NCBI GenBank assembly: GCA_963662625.1 | Contig: OY759726.1 | Location: forward strand, 800,001-864,000 | Length of the DNA stretch: 64,000 nt | From: Nitrosopumilus sp. | Lineage (GTDB): Archaea > Thermoproteota > Nitrososphaeria > Nitrososphaerales > Nitrosopumilaceae | Reading direction: 5' to 3' | Shown: positions 1-9,466 of the stretch, one piece after another | Position numbering within the stretch: the first letter of the stretch is position 1 | Layout: the number at the start of each line of letters is the position of its first letter | Position numbers and translations under genes: made by a program | Notes under the pieces: generated by a model | What the model was told of the DNA's origin: nothing | Databases searched by the model: none | What the model saw: the letters and a program-made list of their open reading frames with translations, nothing else

Positions 1-273
1 GGCGTGACCATGGACATCCACAGGATATTCAGGCTCCCCGGCTCGATAAACAGCAAGAGCGGCATGTCCAAGATCCCCTGCAAGGATCTCGACAGCTTTG
101 ATCCGTACGTAGATGCGGCCCTGCTCTCCGACGAGACGGTGGAGGTGAGCGCAAGCTGCCCCCGGTTCAGGCTGAGGAACAAAAAGTTCGGGCCGTACGA
201 GGACGAGGTGGCGACGGTGCCGACATATGCCGCCGCGTACATGATTTGCAAGAAACTGGCCAAAATCCCCTAA
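1..273 (+). CDS. priS: DNA primase small subunit, C-terminal part (truncated by window edge)
   Basis: VTMDIHRIFRLPGSINSKSG matches the AEP primase D..R..R.P.S...K.G motif. Confidence 0.75.
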   Translation, partial: GVTMDIHRIFRLPGSINSKSGMSKIPCKDLDSFDPYVDAALLSDETVEVSASCPRFRLRNKKFGPYEDEVATVPTYAAAYMICKKLAKIP

Positions 274-387
274 ATTTGCATGATGCGGGTTTGAAACGGC
301 CAAGATCTGGCCGGCCGCCGGCTCCCGGAAGGGGCGCCCCGCCGCGTCGTGCTGGTAAGACATTAATTTGCCAAACCACAACAAACG

Positions 388-3243
388 TTGGTTTTGTATA
401 GCGCCGCTACTGACAAGCAAGCTCCGCCACCCGACGCGGGCAAATACATACGCATAGGCATAGTCGCGCTGATTGCCATAGTCATATTCACCGTTGCCGC
501 CAACCAGGCGGTCATCCTCTCCATGAACTTTACCGAGTTTGGCGAGCAGTTCGCAAAGCCGCTCTACTACACCCTGGCGTCAAGCGTGATACTGGCGGCG
601 ATATCCCTCGTCCGGGTCAACGTGGCGGGCAGGTCCTCGATCTTCTGGTACGGGATCAACGCCATGATAGGGTTCATCGGGAGGGGCGGCCAGCAGGCGG
701 TCTCCTCGAACATCCCCAGCCTGGGGGACTACAAGCTCGGCCCCGTGCAGTTCGTCGTCTGGCAGGTGACCAAGATCCTCCTGTTCGGGGCGTTCTTCGC
801 GAACATCATGTTCGGCTTTGCGGCGATGGAGTTCTTTGGCGGGAACAGCCTCGGGATAGAGAGCCTGCCGACGCTGTTCACGCTGCCCTTCGTGCAGCCC
901 CCGATCGACCCGTCCAACGCGGCGGACACCGTGATCCCGATGATCCCGGTGCTGGTGATCCTGATACCGCCCATACTGGCTGCGATAGGCCTGAGGCTGG
1001 TCCTGTACGTGGGCGTCCACAGGATCATCGGCGTCATCACCTCGTACATGAAGGACTCCCGCGAGGGGCAGCCGCGCTACCTCAACTACGTCTCCACGAT
1101 CGAGGCGCTGGCCGGGATAGGCGTGATCTGGGCCGGGTTCAACCTGTTCTTCACCAACCAGATAGACTACAACACCAAGTACGTGATAGCCGGCGTCCTG
1201 GTCATAGGGTTCGCCCTGATCGGCTTCTCGGTGGTCGACAGGCTGCGCGCCCGGGTCCTGACCCACATGTTCAAGCGGGACGTCTACATCAGGTTCCTGA
1301 CGATCATCGTGATCGCGATCATCGTGTTTGCCATCGTGGAGGTGAACAGGAGCATCGCGGACGCCAAGAAGGTCGAGTTCCTGGGCCCGTACACCGCGCA
1401 GCAGATAGGCGTGAACAGGCACCTGGGCCAGTTGGACCAGGTCGTGCAAAACGTCCACGACGTCGAGCTGCAGTCGATCTCCCCGAACAACATAGACAGG
1501 TACGTAGGCCAGAACAGCGACGTGCTCGACGTGGTCAGGGTGTGGGACTGGGAGGCCGCGTTTGCCAAGCTAAAGCCGGAGATCGGCCTGATACCCTATG
1601 TCGACTTTGAGGACAACGACATCCTCCGCTTCAACAACACCCTGTACTGGACGGCCTCGATGAAGCCGATACTGCCCACCGCGGTGAGCGCGGAAAACCA
1701 GTGGTATAACGAGCACTTGGTGTACACGCACGTCCCCGAGGGGTTCCTGACGCTGGAGGCCACCGACGGCCAGATCGTGGACAGCAGCGAGTTCTTCAAG
1801 CAGCGGGAGATCTACTACGGCGAGGGCGGGCTCTTCGAGTCCACCTGGTCGGGATACCCGACCCAGCGCGAGACCAGCGCGGAGCTGGGCGGGGCGGCGT
1901 ACGACGGGGACGGGGGCCTGGACATAGCCCCGCCGCTGAGCTGGATCTTCGAGCCCAACTTCCTGCTCTCGTTCCCCACGGAGCCGGTCCACATCATGCG
2001 GTACAAGGACGTCAACGACAGGATGGAGGCGCTCTACCCGTACTTCCTTTACGACCTGTTCGGCAGGGAGCTCGACTCCCTTCCCGTTACCGACGGCGAG
2101 AACTCCTACTGGCTGATCCCGCTGATCATCGGCTTTGACACGCACAACGTCCCGTGGTCGATAGGAAACCCGTACCTCCGCCTGGTGGGCTACGCCCTGG
2201 TGGACTCGCACGACGGCGGCATACAGCTGCTGAAGACGGGCGACGACTTTTTCACCGAGATGTTCGCCAACCAGTACTCCAAGCAGTTCGTCCCGATACC
2301 CGCGTGGCTCGAGGAGCAGATCAGGTACCCCGTCGAGCTGTTCAACTGGAAGACTGAGATGTACAACATCTACCACGTGACCGACGCCGAGACCTTCATC
2401 CAGGCCAACGAGTTTTACGAGATCCCGACGGGCCTCGAGACGTACTATGTCGAGGCAAAGCCGATAGGCTTTGAGCAGACCGAGTTCCTGGGCCTGCTGT
2501 CCCTGGAACTCAAGGGCTCCCAGGGGAGGAACCTTGCCGGGTACATGGTGGTCGAAAACGACCTGACCAACCTCGGGAACATGCAGTTCTTCGAGGTGCC
2601 GCTCAACTCCACCACCAAGCTGATAGGCCCGACGGCCGTCAGGGAGGCGCTGGACAGGGACCCGGAGTTCGCCCAGCTCAAGACGCTGCTGAGGAACCCC
2701 AGGATCGGCGACAACATACTGTACAGGGTGGGGGAGCACGACGTCTACTTCATTCCCGTCTACACCGCGGGCGCCGGCGGCGTGGTGGCCCAGCTGGGCA
2801 CGATCGCCGCGGTGGGCGCGGCGTTCACCGGGGAGTACTACGTGGGCCTGGGCAACACCCAGGAGGAGGCGTTCGAGGCGTACCTGAAGAAGGTCTCGGG
2901 GATCGTGGCCCCGTCGGCATCGGCCGAGGAGGTCCAGACGCTCGGCAAGGTGGACAGGATCAACATCGTCAGGTCGTCGTTTACGGACGAGGGGATCGAG
3001 ATACTGGAACCCACGTCGATCCAGGTGCCGCTGTCGTTCAACGAGGGGGAGATGTTCTTCTTCACGGAGAACGACAGGGGCGACACGGAGTCGTTCCTGG
3101 CCCAGTTCATCGCGGACTTTGTAAAGCCGAGGAGCGAGCACGTGTTCCTGTGGGAGGACGAGGACGGCCTCAACATCGGGACCATAGTGGTGCGCGACGG
3201 GATACCGGAGATGCACTACGTCTCGATCGAGGTAGGCGACTAG
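388..3243 (+). CDS. UPF0182 (COG1615) family membrane protein
   Basis: 951 aa; multi-TM N-half; YTH, IYYGE, RYP..LF and IPVY motifs typical of UPF0182; TTG start. Confidence 0.8.
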   Translation: MVLYSAATDKQAPPPDAGKYIRIGIVALIAIVIFTVAANQAVILSMNFTEFGEQFAKPLYYTLASSVILAAISLVRVNVAGRSSIFWYGINAMIGFIGRGGQQAVSSNIPSLGDYKLGPVQFVVWQVTKILLFGAFFANIMFGFAAMEFFGGNSLGIESLPTLFTLPFVQPPIDPSNAADTVIPMIPVLVILIPPILAAIGLRLVLYVGVHRIIGVITSYMKDSREGQPRYLNYVSTIEALAGIGVIWAGFNLFFTNQIDYNTKYVIAGVLVIGFALIGFSVVDRLRARVLTHMFKRDVYIRFLTIIVIAIIVFAIVEVNRSIADAKKVEFLGPYTAQQIGVNRHLGQLDQVVQNVHDVELQSISPNNIDRYVGQNSDVLDVVRVWDWEAAFAKLKPEIGLIPYVDFEDNDILRFNNTLYWTASMKPILPTAVSAENQWYNEHLVYTHVPEGFLTLEATDGQIVDSSEFFKQREIYYGEGGLFESTWSGYPTQRETSAELGGAAYDGDGGLDIAPPLSWIFEPNFLLSFPTEPVHIMRYKDVNDRMEALYPYFLYDLFGRELDSLPVTDGENSYWLIPLIIGFDTHNVPWSIGNPYLRLVGYALVDSHDGGIQLLKTGDDFFTEMFANQYSKQFVPIPAWLEEQIRYPVELFNWKTEMYNIYHVTDAETFIQANEFYEIPTGLETYYVEAKPIGFEQTEFLGLLSLELKGSQGRNLAGYMVVENDLTNLGNMQFFEVPLNSTTKLIGPTAVREALDRDPEFAQLKTLLRNPRIGDNILYRVGEHDVYFIPVYTAGAGGVVAQLGTIAAVGAAFTGEYYVGLGNTQEEAFEAYLKKVSGIVAPSASAEEVQTLGKVDRINIVRSSFTDEGIEILEPTSIQVPLSFNEGEMFFFTENDRGDTESFLAQFIADFVKPRSEHVFLWEDEDGLNIGTIVVRDGIPEMHYVSIEVGD

Positions 3244-3786
3244 TTGCTGCTGGTAGTCGACAACGGCTCGGCATACACCGGGGACCTGGCCGGGTTCCTG
3301 GGCCGGCGGGGGATCCCGTTCGAGAGGCGGGATCCGGGCTCCCTGGATCCCCGGTCCCTGGGCGGCTTTGACTCCTTCATCCTCTCCGGGCGCAGGCGCA
3401 ACGACAAGAGGACCAACATGGTCAACTCCCGGGCGGTCCTGCACGCGGTCGAGTGCGGCAAGAAGCTGCTCGGGATATGCTACGGCGCGGAGATGCTGGC
3501 GCTGGCGCTGGGGGGGACGATAAGGAGGTCGGCGGCGCCCCGGAGGGGGGGCCAGAAGGTCACCGTCCTCAGGCCAAACCCGCTGTGTGCCGGCGAGGTC
3601 GACGTCTTTGAGAGCCACGCGTTTGAGATCTCGGCCCTGCCCGGGCGGCTGGTCCCGATTGCCGCGTCCGGCGACTGCGAGCACGAGATGATCCGGTACG
3701 GCCGCAGGCCGATATTCGGCACCCAGTTCCACCCCGAGATGTCCGCAGACGGCCGCAGGATGATAGAGCGCTTCTGCCGCCTATGA
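3244..3786 (+). CDS. Stand-alone class I glutamine amidotransferase (GuaA/TrpG-like)
   Basis: VVDNGS, GICYG nucleophile and QFHPE triad. Confidence 0.9.
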   Translation: MLLVVDNGSAYTGDLAGFLGRRGIPFERRDPGSLDPRSLGGFDSFILSGRRRNDKRTNMVNSRAVLHAVECGKKLLGICYGAEMLALALGGTIRRSAAPRRGGQKVTVLRPNPLCAGEVDVFESHAFEISALPGRLVPIAASGDCEHEMIRYGRRPIFGTQFHPEMSADGRRMIERFCRL

Positions 3787-3816
3787 TATTAATAACTCCG
3801 CGGGGCTCAACCCGGT

Positions 3817-4770
3817 GTGGAACCGTCCGAACACGAGCTCCTCCTGCCGCTGGTGGAGGAGGAGAACCCGTGCCTGCCGCTGCCGATCAACGTGGTCTCT
3901 AGGTACTGGAACGTGGAGATGCCGATGGCCGAGGCGGCCGCCAACGCCAAGAGGTATCCCGGCTTTGCGGGAAGCATCCTGATCGAGGGGATCGAGCTTG
4001 CCGAGAGGCACGGCCTGGCGTGCAGGATCGTCCACTCTACGCTGCCCGGCCTGAAGAAGGCGGTGGACGCGGGGGTTCCGCCCATAGTCATACTTCCCGG
4101 GATCCCGGAGATCACCCAGCACGCCTCCGTGGTCTCGGGATATGACGACGGCGCCGTCTTCCACTACGTCCAGAAGGGGGCCGAGGGGGGCCAGCGGCAG
4201 GAGGGCGCCATCCCACACGGCGTCTTTGACAGGGAATGGTCCGAGGACGGGCGGCTGATGATGGTCCTGGCGCCGCCCGGCACGGTCTCGGCACTAGGCT
4301 TGGACGGGCCAGACGCCGACGCAAACAGGCTGTGCCTGGCCTCAGAGCGCCAGAACATCCAGAAGGACCACACCGCGGCGCTCGGCTCGCTGAAGAAGGC
4401 GCTGGAGCTGAGCCCCACAAACCCCACGGCGCTGCAGATGTTCGGCGCGATGCTGAACGAGCACGGCTCGGGCGGCTGCGTCGAGTTTTACGAGAGGTGC
4501 CTCGACGTCAACGGGCGATGCTACCTCGCGTACAACGGGCTTGGAAACTACTACCTGAAGGCCGGCAAGTTCGACGCCGCGGAGTCCTTTTACACCAAGG
4601 CGATCGAGACCAACCCCAAGAGGTCCGCCAAGATCTACAAGAACCGGGCGTACCTGAGGGAGAAGCAGGGGAAGAACTCCCAGGCAAGGGACGACCTGAA
4701 GACGTACCTCAAGATGTCCCCCGGGGCCCGGGACAGGGGCGCGATAGAGCAGGCCGTGCGGGAGCTGTAG
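3817..4770 (+). CDS. Peptidase C39-like domain plus TPR repeat protein
   Basis: N-terminal NPCLP ... HASVVSGYD; C-terminal TPRs (AYNGLGNYY, YTKAIETNP, IYKNRAY). Confidence 0.65.
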   Translation: MEPSEHELLLPLVEEENPCLPLPINVVSRYWNVEMPMAEAAANAKRYPGFAGSILIEGIELAERHGLACRIVHSTLPGLKKAVDAGVPPIVILPGIPEITQHASVVSGYDDGAVFHYVQKGAEGGQRQEGAIPHGVFDREWSEDGRLMMVLAPPGTVSALGLDGPDADANRLCLASERQNIQKDHTAALGSLKKALELSPTNPTALQMFGAMLNEHGSGGCVEFYERCLDVNGRCYLAYNGLGNYYLKAGKFDAAESFYTKAIETNPKRSAKIYKNRAYLREKQGKNSQARDDLKTYLKMSPGARDRGAIEQAVREL

Positions 4771-4826
4771 GCGGCGGGCCGGGGGTCCCTGCTAGGTATT
4801 TATGGTTGGCCAGCAGGACAACCCCC

Positions 4827-5027
4827 GTGTCCGAGGAGAAGGGAAGGAGGTTCCTGGAGCTTGTCAACGAGCAGAACGGCCTGCAGCTGCGCATGGTCGG
4901 CAGCCTGGCGAGGCTGGTCCGGTCTGGCTGGGACTCGGCGGAGATCAGGGCCGAGCTGGAATCCCTCGTGGAGAGGCACGCGGAGATCACCAGGGAGATC
5001 AACTGCCTGGACGGCGGCTCCCTATAG
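4827..5027 (+). CDS. Small helical hypothetical protein (66 aa)
   Basis: GTG start, MSEEKGRRFLELVNEQN...; genome-typical codon usage; fills the intergenic gap. Confidence 0.6.
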   Translation: MSEEKGRRFLELVNEQNGLQLRMVGSLARLVRSGWDSAEIRAELESLVERHAEITREINCLDGGSL

Positions 5028-5951
5028 CGCAGAGTCCACCATCAGCGCGATGAACAGCACGGCCAGGTAGGGGCTCGAGAACTTGAAGAGGGTCCACGAG
5101 GCCCTCTCCATGGGCCTTGCGACCACCCATAGCGACAGGGCCACCATCAGCGCCCCTGACGCCAGCGCGGTCCACAGGTACACGGAGCCCACCGCGGACC
5201 CCCCAGCCTCCGTGGCCAGGAAGAACGGCACGACCGAGAACAGCACCATCACGAGGGTCGACCCGGCGATCGCCCTGGCAGAGGTCTTCTCGGACTGGAC
5301 CGCGGTCAGCATCGGGACGTCCACCTTGTTGTAGTCGTCCTTGAAGTGGAGCGTCAGAGCCCAGATGTGCATTGGGATCCAGATGAAGACCAGGCCGGCC
5401 ATCGCGAGCCCCATGGTCCACAGGTCCGACGTGCCCACCGCGACCCACCCTATCATGGGCGGGGATCCCCCGCACAGGCCCCCGAGTATTATGTTAGTCC
5501 TGGAGCTGCGCTTCAGCGCGTAGGAGTAGACCAGCACGTTGTTCAGCAGCCCAAAGGCTATGAACGCGGCGGCCCACGCCCCCTGCTCCGGCGTGGTGGT
5601 AAGCGAGAGCCCGAGCGCCAGCGCCAGCGAGATTCCCGCGAGCGCCAGCCCGAAGTTCCTCGCCTTTTCGGCCGGGTGGATCCTCTTGGAGGGGAGCGGC
5701 CTCTTCTTGGTCCTCTCCATCACCGCGTCGATGTCCCTGTCGTGGTAGTTCGTCAGGGTGTTGGCGGCGGCGGAGCCGGCCGCGACCGAGAACAGCATGA
5801 GGCCCCAGGTGGCAGGCGAGATGTCGACGCCGTGGATGTTGGAGGCGGTCAGGGCGGCGCCAAACGCGGTGAATACCAGCAGGTACCAGATCTTGGGCTT
5901 TGTCAGCTCGTAGTATACGGCGATTCGGGACTCGGACTTTTGTCGCTGCAC
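5022..5951 (-). CDS. ctaB: Protoheme IX farnesyltransferase (heme O synthase)
   Basis: ELTKPKI, DRDIDAVMERTKKRPLPS, HIWAL...DDY motifs of UbiA/CyoE family. Confidence 0.93.
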   Translation of the reverse strand: MQRQKSESRIAVYYELTKPKIWYLLVFTAFGAALTASNIHGVDISPATWGLMLFSVAAGSAAANTLTNYHDRDIDAVMERTKKRPLPSKRIHPAEKARNFGLALAGISLALALGLSLTTTPEQGAWAAAFIAFGLLNNVLVYSYALKRSSRTNIILGGLCGGSPPMIGWVAVGTSDLWTMGLAMAGLVFIWIPMHIWALTLHFKDDYNKVDVPMLTAVQSEKTSARAIAGSTLVMVLFSVVPFFLATEAGGSAVGSVYLWTALASGALMVALSLWVVARPMERASWTLFKFSSPYLAVLFIALMVDSAL

Positions 5952-6421
5952 TACTCTTCACCCTCCTTGGCGGGAATATATGGCATTGTTTTCTCGCGGG
6001 ACTTCATCTCTATAAATGACTCTGAGGACTGGACTCCCTGGATCCTGCCTATCCTCTCGGACACGATCTTGTGCATCTGGTCCAGCGACTTTGAGTACAT
6101 GGTGACCAGGATGTCGAACCTGCCCGTGACCTCCACCACCTCCCTGACCCCGTCGATCTTGAAGAGCTCCTCTATTATGTGGTCCCTCCTCTTGGTGTCC
6201 ATGTTTATGCCGGTAAGCGCCTTGACGGTGTAGCCGAGCTCGCTGTCATTGACCACGATCGTGAAGCGCTCGATCAGCTTCCTCTTAACCAGCCGCTTGA
6301 CCCTGGAGTAGATTACCGACGAGTTCACGTCGATCTTCTTTGCAAGCTGCGGCACCGAGATCGAGGCGTCGCGCGAGAGCTCCGACAGGATCTGCAGGTC
6401 GAGCTCGTCTATCTTCGCCGT
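5951..6421 (-). CDS. Lrp/AsnC transcriptional regulator (apparent ACG start)
   Basis: (M)AKIDELDLQILSELSRDASISVPQLAKK HTH plus EVTGRFDI RAM domain; in-frame TAA directly precedes ACG at 6421. Confidence 0.85.
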   Translation of the reverse strand, partial: TAKIDELDLQILSELSRDASISVPQLAKKIDVNSSVIYSRVKRLVKRKLIERFTIVVNDSELGYTVKALTGINMDTKRRDHIIEELFKIDGVREVVEVTGRFDILVTMYSKSLDQMHKIVSERIGRIQGVQSSESFIEMKSREKTMPYIPAKEGEE

Positions 6422-6490
6422 TTAGAACACCTAGTCATTATGGTTTTCTGGATCTTATAAAGCTATTATTGTAAAAATTACAACAAATCC

Positions 6491-7567
6491 CTAGATTTTG
6501 CCCTTTTTGTAAAGCAGCTCTGCCAGCAGCACTGCGCCCTTTGCCGATCCCATCTTTTTGTTGTGGGAGAACAGCATGTATTTCAGGCCGTTGTCGAAGA
6601 GCTCCTCCTTTTCCACCCTTCCGATGGAGGTGGTCATGCCGTCGCCCACGTCCCTTTCCATCCTGGGCTGGGGCCTGGTCGGGTCGTCGTGGAACGCGTA
6701 GTACATTTCCGGGGCCGACGGCAGTCCCGACACGGAGATCTCCCTGTTGTACGTGTCGTAGGTGTCCCTTGCCAGCTCCGGGTCGATCTCCCTCTCGGTC
6801 TCCACGAACACCGATTCGGTGTGCCCGTCTATCACTGGCACCCTGGTGCACGTGCAGCTTACCCGGATGTCCGCGTCCTCTATCTTCCCGTCCTTTAGCC
6901 TGCCTAGTATCTTCCTCGTCTCCTTTCGCACCTTCCCCTCTTCCTTTGGGATGAAGGGCAGGATGTTGTCGGTTATTCCCATGGCGGTCACCCCCGACTT
7001 GCCGCCGCCCGAGATCGCCTGCATGGAGGTCATCAGCACCTTCTTTGCGCCGTACTTTTCAAGCAGCGGCTTTAGCGTGATGGCAAGCCCGGTGGTGGTG
7101 CAGTTCGGGAGCGGCGCCACCCACCCCTTCCAGTTCCGGTTCTTCTTTTGCACGTCGAGCAGGTCTGCCTGGTCGTCGTTGATCCCCGGGATGAGTATGG
7201 GCACGTCCTCCTCGTACCTGTAGGCGGAGCTCGTGGAGATCACCGGGACGTCGGCGGCCATCCTGGTCTCGATGTCCCTTGCAGGGCCCGACTCCACCGC
7301 GGAGAACACCAGGTCCAGCTGCGACACGTCCAGCTCGTCGATCCTCCTGACCTGCATCTCCTTGATGTACCCGGGGATCTCGCCGCCCACGGCCCACGCC
7401 ACGATCCCGCTTGCGTCCCTTATGGCGTCGAGGTACTTCTTGCCAGCCGAGCGCTCGGACGCCGCTATCTGGGTCACCTCAAACCACGGGTGGCCGTGCA
7501 GCGACTGGACGAACTCCTGGCCCACCGCGCCCGTCGCGCCTATTATGGCGACGCGCTTCTTCTCCAT
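6491..7567 (-). CDS. asd: Aspartate-semialdehyde dehydrogenase
   Basis: GATGAVG, PNCTT catalytic Cys, QAISGGG, CTRVPVIDGH. Confidence 0.95.
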   Translation of the reverse strand: MEKKRVAIIGATGAVGQEFVQSLHGHPWFEVTQIAASERSAGKKYLDAIRDASGIVAWAVGGEIPGYIKEMQVRRIDELDVSQLDLVFSAVESGPARDIETRMAADVPVISTSSAYRYEEDVPILIPGINDDQADLLDVQKKNRNWKGWVAPLPNCTTTGLAITLKPLLEKYGAKKVLMTSMQAISGGGKSGVTAMGITDNILPFIPKEEGKVRKETRKILGRLKDGKIEDADIRVSCTCTRVPVIDGHTESVFVETEREIDPELARDTYDTYNREISVSGLPSAPEMYYAFHDDPTRPQPRMERDVGDGMTTSIGRVEKEELFDNGLKYMLFSHNKKMGSAKGAVLLAELLYKKGKI

Positions 7568-7616
7568 ACCGGCATGGTCTCAGGCTAAGTTAATAATCGT
7601 TTTCAGCCCGGGCCGG

Positions 7617-7628
7617 CCCCCCCCCCCC
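7617..7628. repeat. C12 homopolymer in the asd/rpl44e divergent intergenic region
   Basis: 12 consecutive C. Confidence 0.9.
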
Positions 7629-7701
7629 GCGCCGCGTGGGCGCGCCGGGCCCCGCGGCCAGGAACCAATGCTTAAATTACTGTGGGACGGGGTTTTTTGG
7701 T

Positions 7702-7983
7702 ATGAACATACCCAAGTCCATCCGGAAGTACTGTGCCAAGTGCAAGACGCACACGGAGCAGAAGGTCTCCATATACAAGGCCGGCAAGAGGAGGGGCTCC
7801 GCGAGGGGGGAAAGGAGGCACGCGGAGCGCAAGCGCGGGTATGGGGGACAAAAGTTCCCAAAGCTTGCCAAGCCCGCGAAGGTCACGAAGAAGATCACCC
7901 CGATCATGACGTGCACGGTCTGCAAGAAGAAATACAACAAGCTTGGCATCCGCATCAAAAAGTTTGAGCTGGTGGCGGTATGA
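7702..7983 (+). CDS. rpl44e: 50S ribosomal protein L44e
   Basis: MNIPKSIRKYCAKCKTHT...GYGGQKFP...CTVC. Confidence 0.97.
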   Translation: MNIPKSIRKYCAKCKTHTEQKVSIYKAGKRRGSARGERRHAERKRGYGGQKFPKLAKPAKVTKKITPIMTCTVCKKKYNKLGIRIKKFELVAV

Positions 7984-8177
7984 AGAAGAACCACATCGAG
8001 ATCCCAAAGCCGTCAAGCAGGTTCCAGAAGGTCAGCTGCAACGAGTGCGGCGAGATGCAGGTGGTCTACTCCCACGCGACCACCGCGGCCACCTGCAATT
8101 CCTGCGGAAACGCGATCACCGAGGCGACCGGCTCCAAGGCGATCATAAACGGCAAGGTCTCAGGCAGCGCCGAGTGA
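7980..8177 (+). CDS. rps27e: 30S ribosomal protein S27e
   Basis: PKPSSRFQKVSCNECG...CNSCG zinc ribbon; follows rpl44e. Confidence 0.96.
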   Translation: MKKNHIEIPKPSSRFQKVSCNECGEMQVVYSHATTAATCNSCGNAITEATGSKAIINGKVSGSAE

Positions 8178-8744
8178 CTCGTAGTCCCGCCTGGTGTTCA
8201 TGTTAAAGGCGATCCGGCCGTCGTCCAGCACGAGGTGGTCCTCGGGGACCCTGCCCGCGCCGCTGATCTCGGACGAGTCGACAAGCGAGATCCCCGTGTA
8301 GCTGCACCGCGTGCCGGCGCAGTCCACGCCGATCCCGGGGGAGAGCCCCGCGGAGCCCAGGAACTTCTCCGTGACGAGCACCGAGGTCCACGCCGCGCCG
8401 GGGGTCCAGCGCCGCACTATCCCCCTTACGGCCTCCCCGTCCAGAAGCGGCATGTCGGCCGACGCGACGAACACCGGCCCGTCCATCCGCCGCAGGGCGT
8501 AGTTGAGGTCCTCCGAGTAGCCGTCGCCGGGGGTGTCGATCACCTTGTGGCCCTCCCCTACCAGCAGCATCCTCGTCCGCGGGGAGTTCGGGCTGGTGGC
8601 CGCGAGGATCTCGGAGAAGCATCCCGAGTCGCGCAGCGCGTCTAGCACGTGCAGGACGACCGGTTTTTTGTACCGCAGCAGCAGTTTCTCCTGCGGCATC
8701 TTCATGCGGCTTCCCCTTCCCCCCGCCATGACGAGCCCGATCAT
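8160..8744 (-). CDS. cobY: Adenosylcobinamide-phosphate guanylyltransferase
   Basis: MAGGRGSRM...EK NTP-transferase motif, ADMP, NMNT; downstream of cobS. Confidence 0.85.
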   Translation of the reverse strand: MIGLVMAGGRGSRMKMPQEKLLLRYKKPVVLHVLDALRDSGCFSEILAATSPNSPRTRMLLVGEGHKVIDTPGDGYSEDLNYALRRMDGPVFVASADMPLLDGEAVRGIVRRWTPGAAWTSVLVTEKFLGSAGLSPGIGVDCAGTRCSYTGISLVDSSEISGAGRVPEDHLVLDDGRIAFNMNTRRDYESLGAA

Positions 8745-9466
8745 GCCGAGACGAACACCATCACGGACGCCAGGCGCGTCACCTCGTTTGCGGTCCCCAG
8801 CACGTCCCCGGTGATGCCCCCGAAGCTGCGCGCCGCCAGTCCCGCGAGGAGCATGGTCACGATCATGCAGGCCCCGAATGCCGCCATCCCGGCTGCGCCG
8901 CCGAGCGCCACGGCCGGGACCAGCGCCATGGCGCCCGCGAGGACCAGCTTCTTGCGGTTCTTCATGAGCTCGACGAACGGGGAGCTTGAACCGCGCGAGG
9001 CGGGCCGCGATATGCCCGCCAGGAGCACCATCGAGAACTTTGCCATGATCTCGCCGAGCAGGATCGCCAGGAAGAGGTCGTACCCGCTCGACGCTGAAAG
9101 GGCGATCACCAGCCCGATCATGTACAGGACTATGGCCACGGTCCCCGCCGAGCCCGTGGAGGCGTCCTTCATGGCCGCCAGCTTCTTCTCCCTTGGGCCC
9201 TTGGCCATCATGCCGTCTGCAAAGTCCGCCAGGCCGTCGGCGTGGTGCAGCCCCGTCGCCACCGCGATGGAGGCGACCACGAGCAGGCCTACCACCAGGG
9301 GATCGAGGAACATGGAGAGGCCAAACCCCATCCCGCCCACGAGCAGCCCCAGGGCGACGCCCACCAGCGGGAACAGGTACATGTGCCTCGCGACGGTCTC
9401 GAGGCTGGCGGTGCCTGCAGGGAGTATGGTCAGGAACGAAAAGACGGAGCCGATTTCCCTAAGCAT
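8741..9466 (-). CDS. cobS: Adenosylcobinamide-GDP ribazoletransferase (cobalamin synthase)
   Basis: FLTILP, GLHHADGLADFADG, MKD..G..G, FGGITGDVLG. Confidence 0.95.
   Translation of the reverse strand: MLREIGSVFSFLTILPAGTASLETVARHMYLFPLVGVALGLLVGGMGFGLSMFLDPLVVGLLVVASIAVATGLHHADGLADFADGMMAKGPREKKLAAMKDASTGSAGTVAIVLYMIGLVIALSASSGYDLFLAILLGEIMAKFSMVLLAGISRPASRGSSSPFVELMKNRKKLVLAGAMALVPAVALGGAAGMAAFGACMIVTMLLAGLAARSFGGITGDVLGTANEVTRLASVMVFVSA

Noticed and set aside
3241-3246. In-frame TAG junctions as pyrrolysine recoding
   Set aside because: No pyl genes in the window; downstream ORFs have their own starts; TAG is a common stop here
1570-3732. 720-aa minus-strand ORF and many similar long ORFs (e.g. 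16499..17788, 35659..37056)
   Set aside because: Antisense or alternative-frame shadows of real genes in high-GC DNA; no motifs
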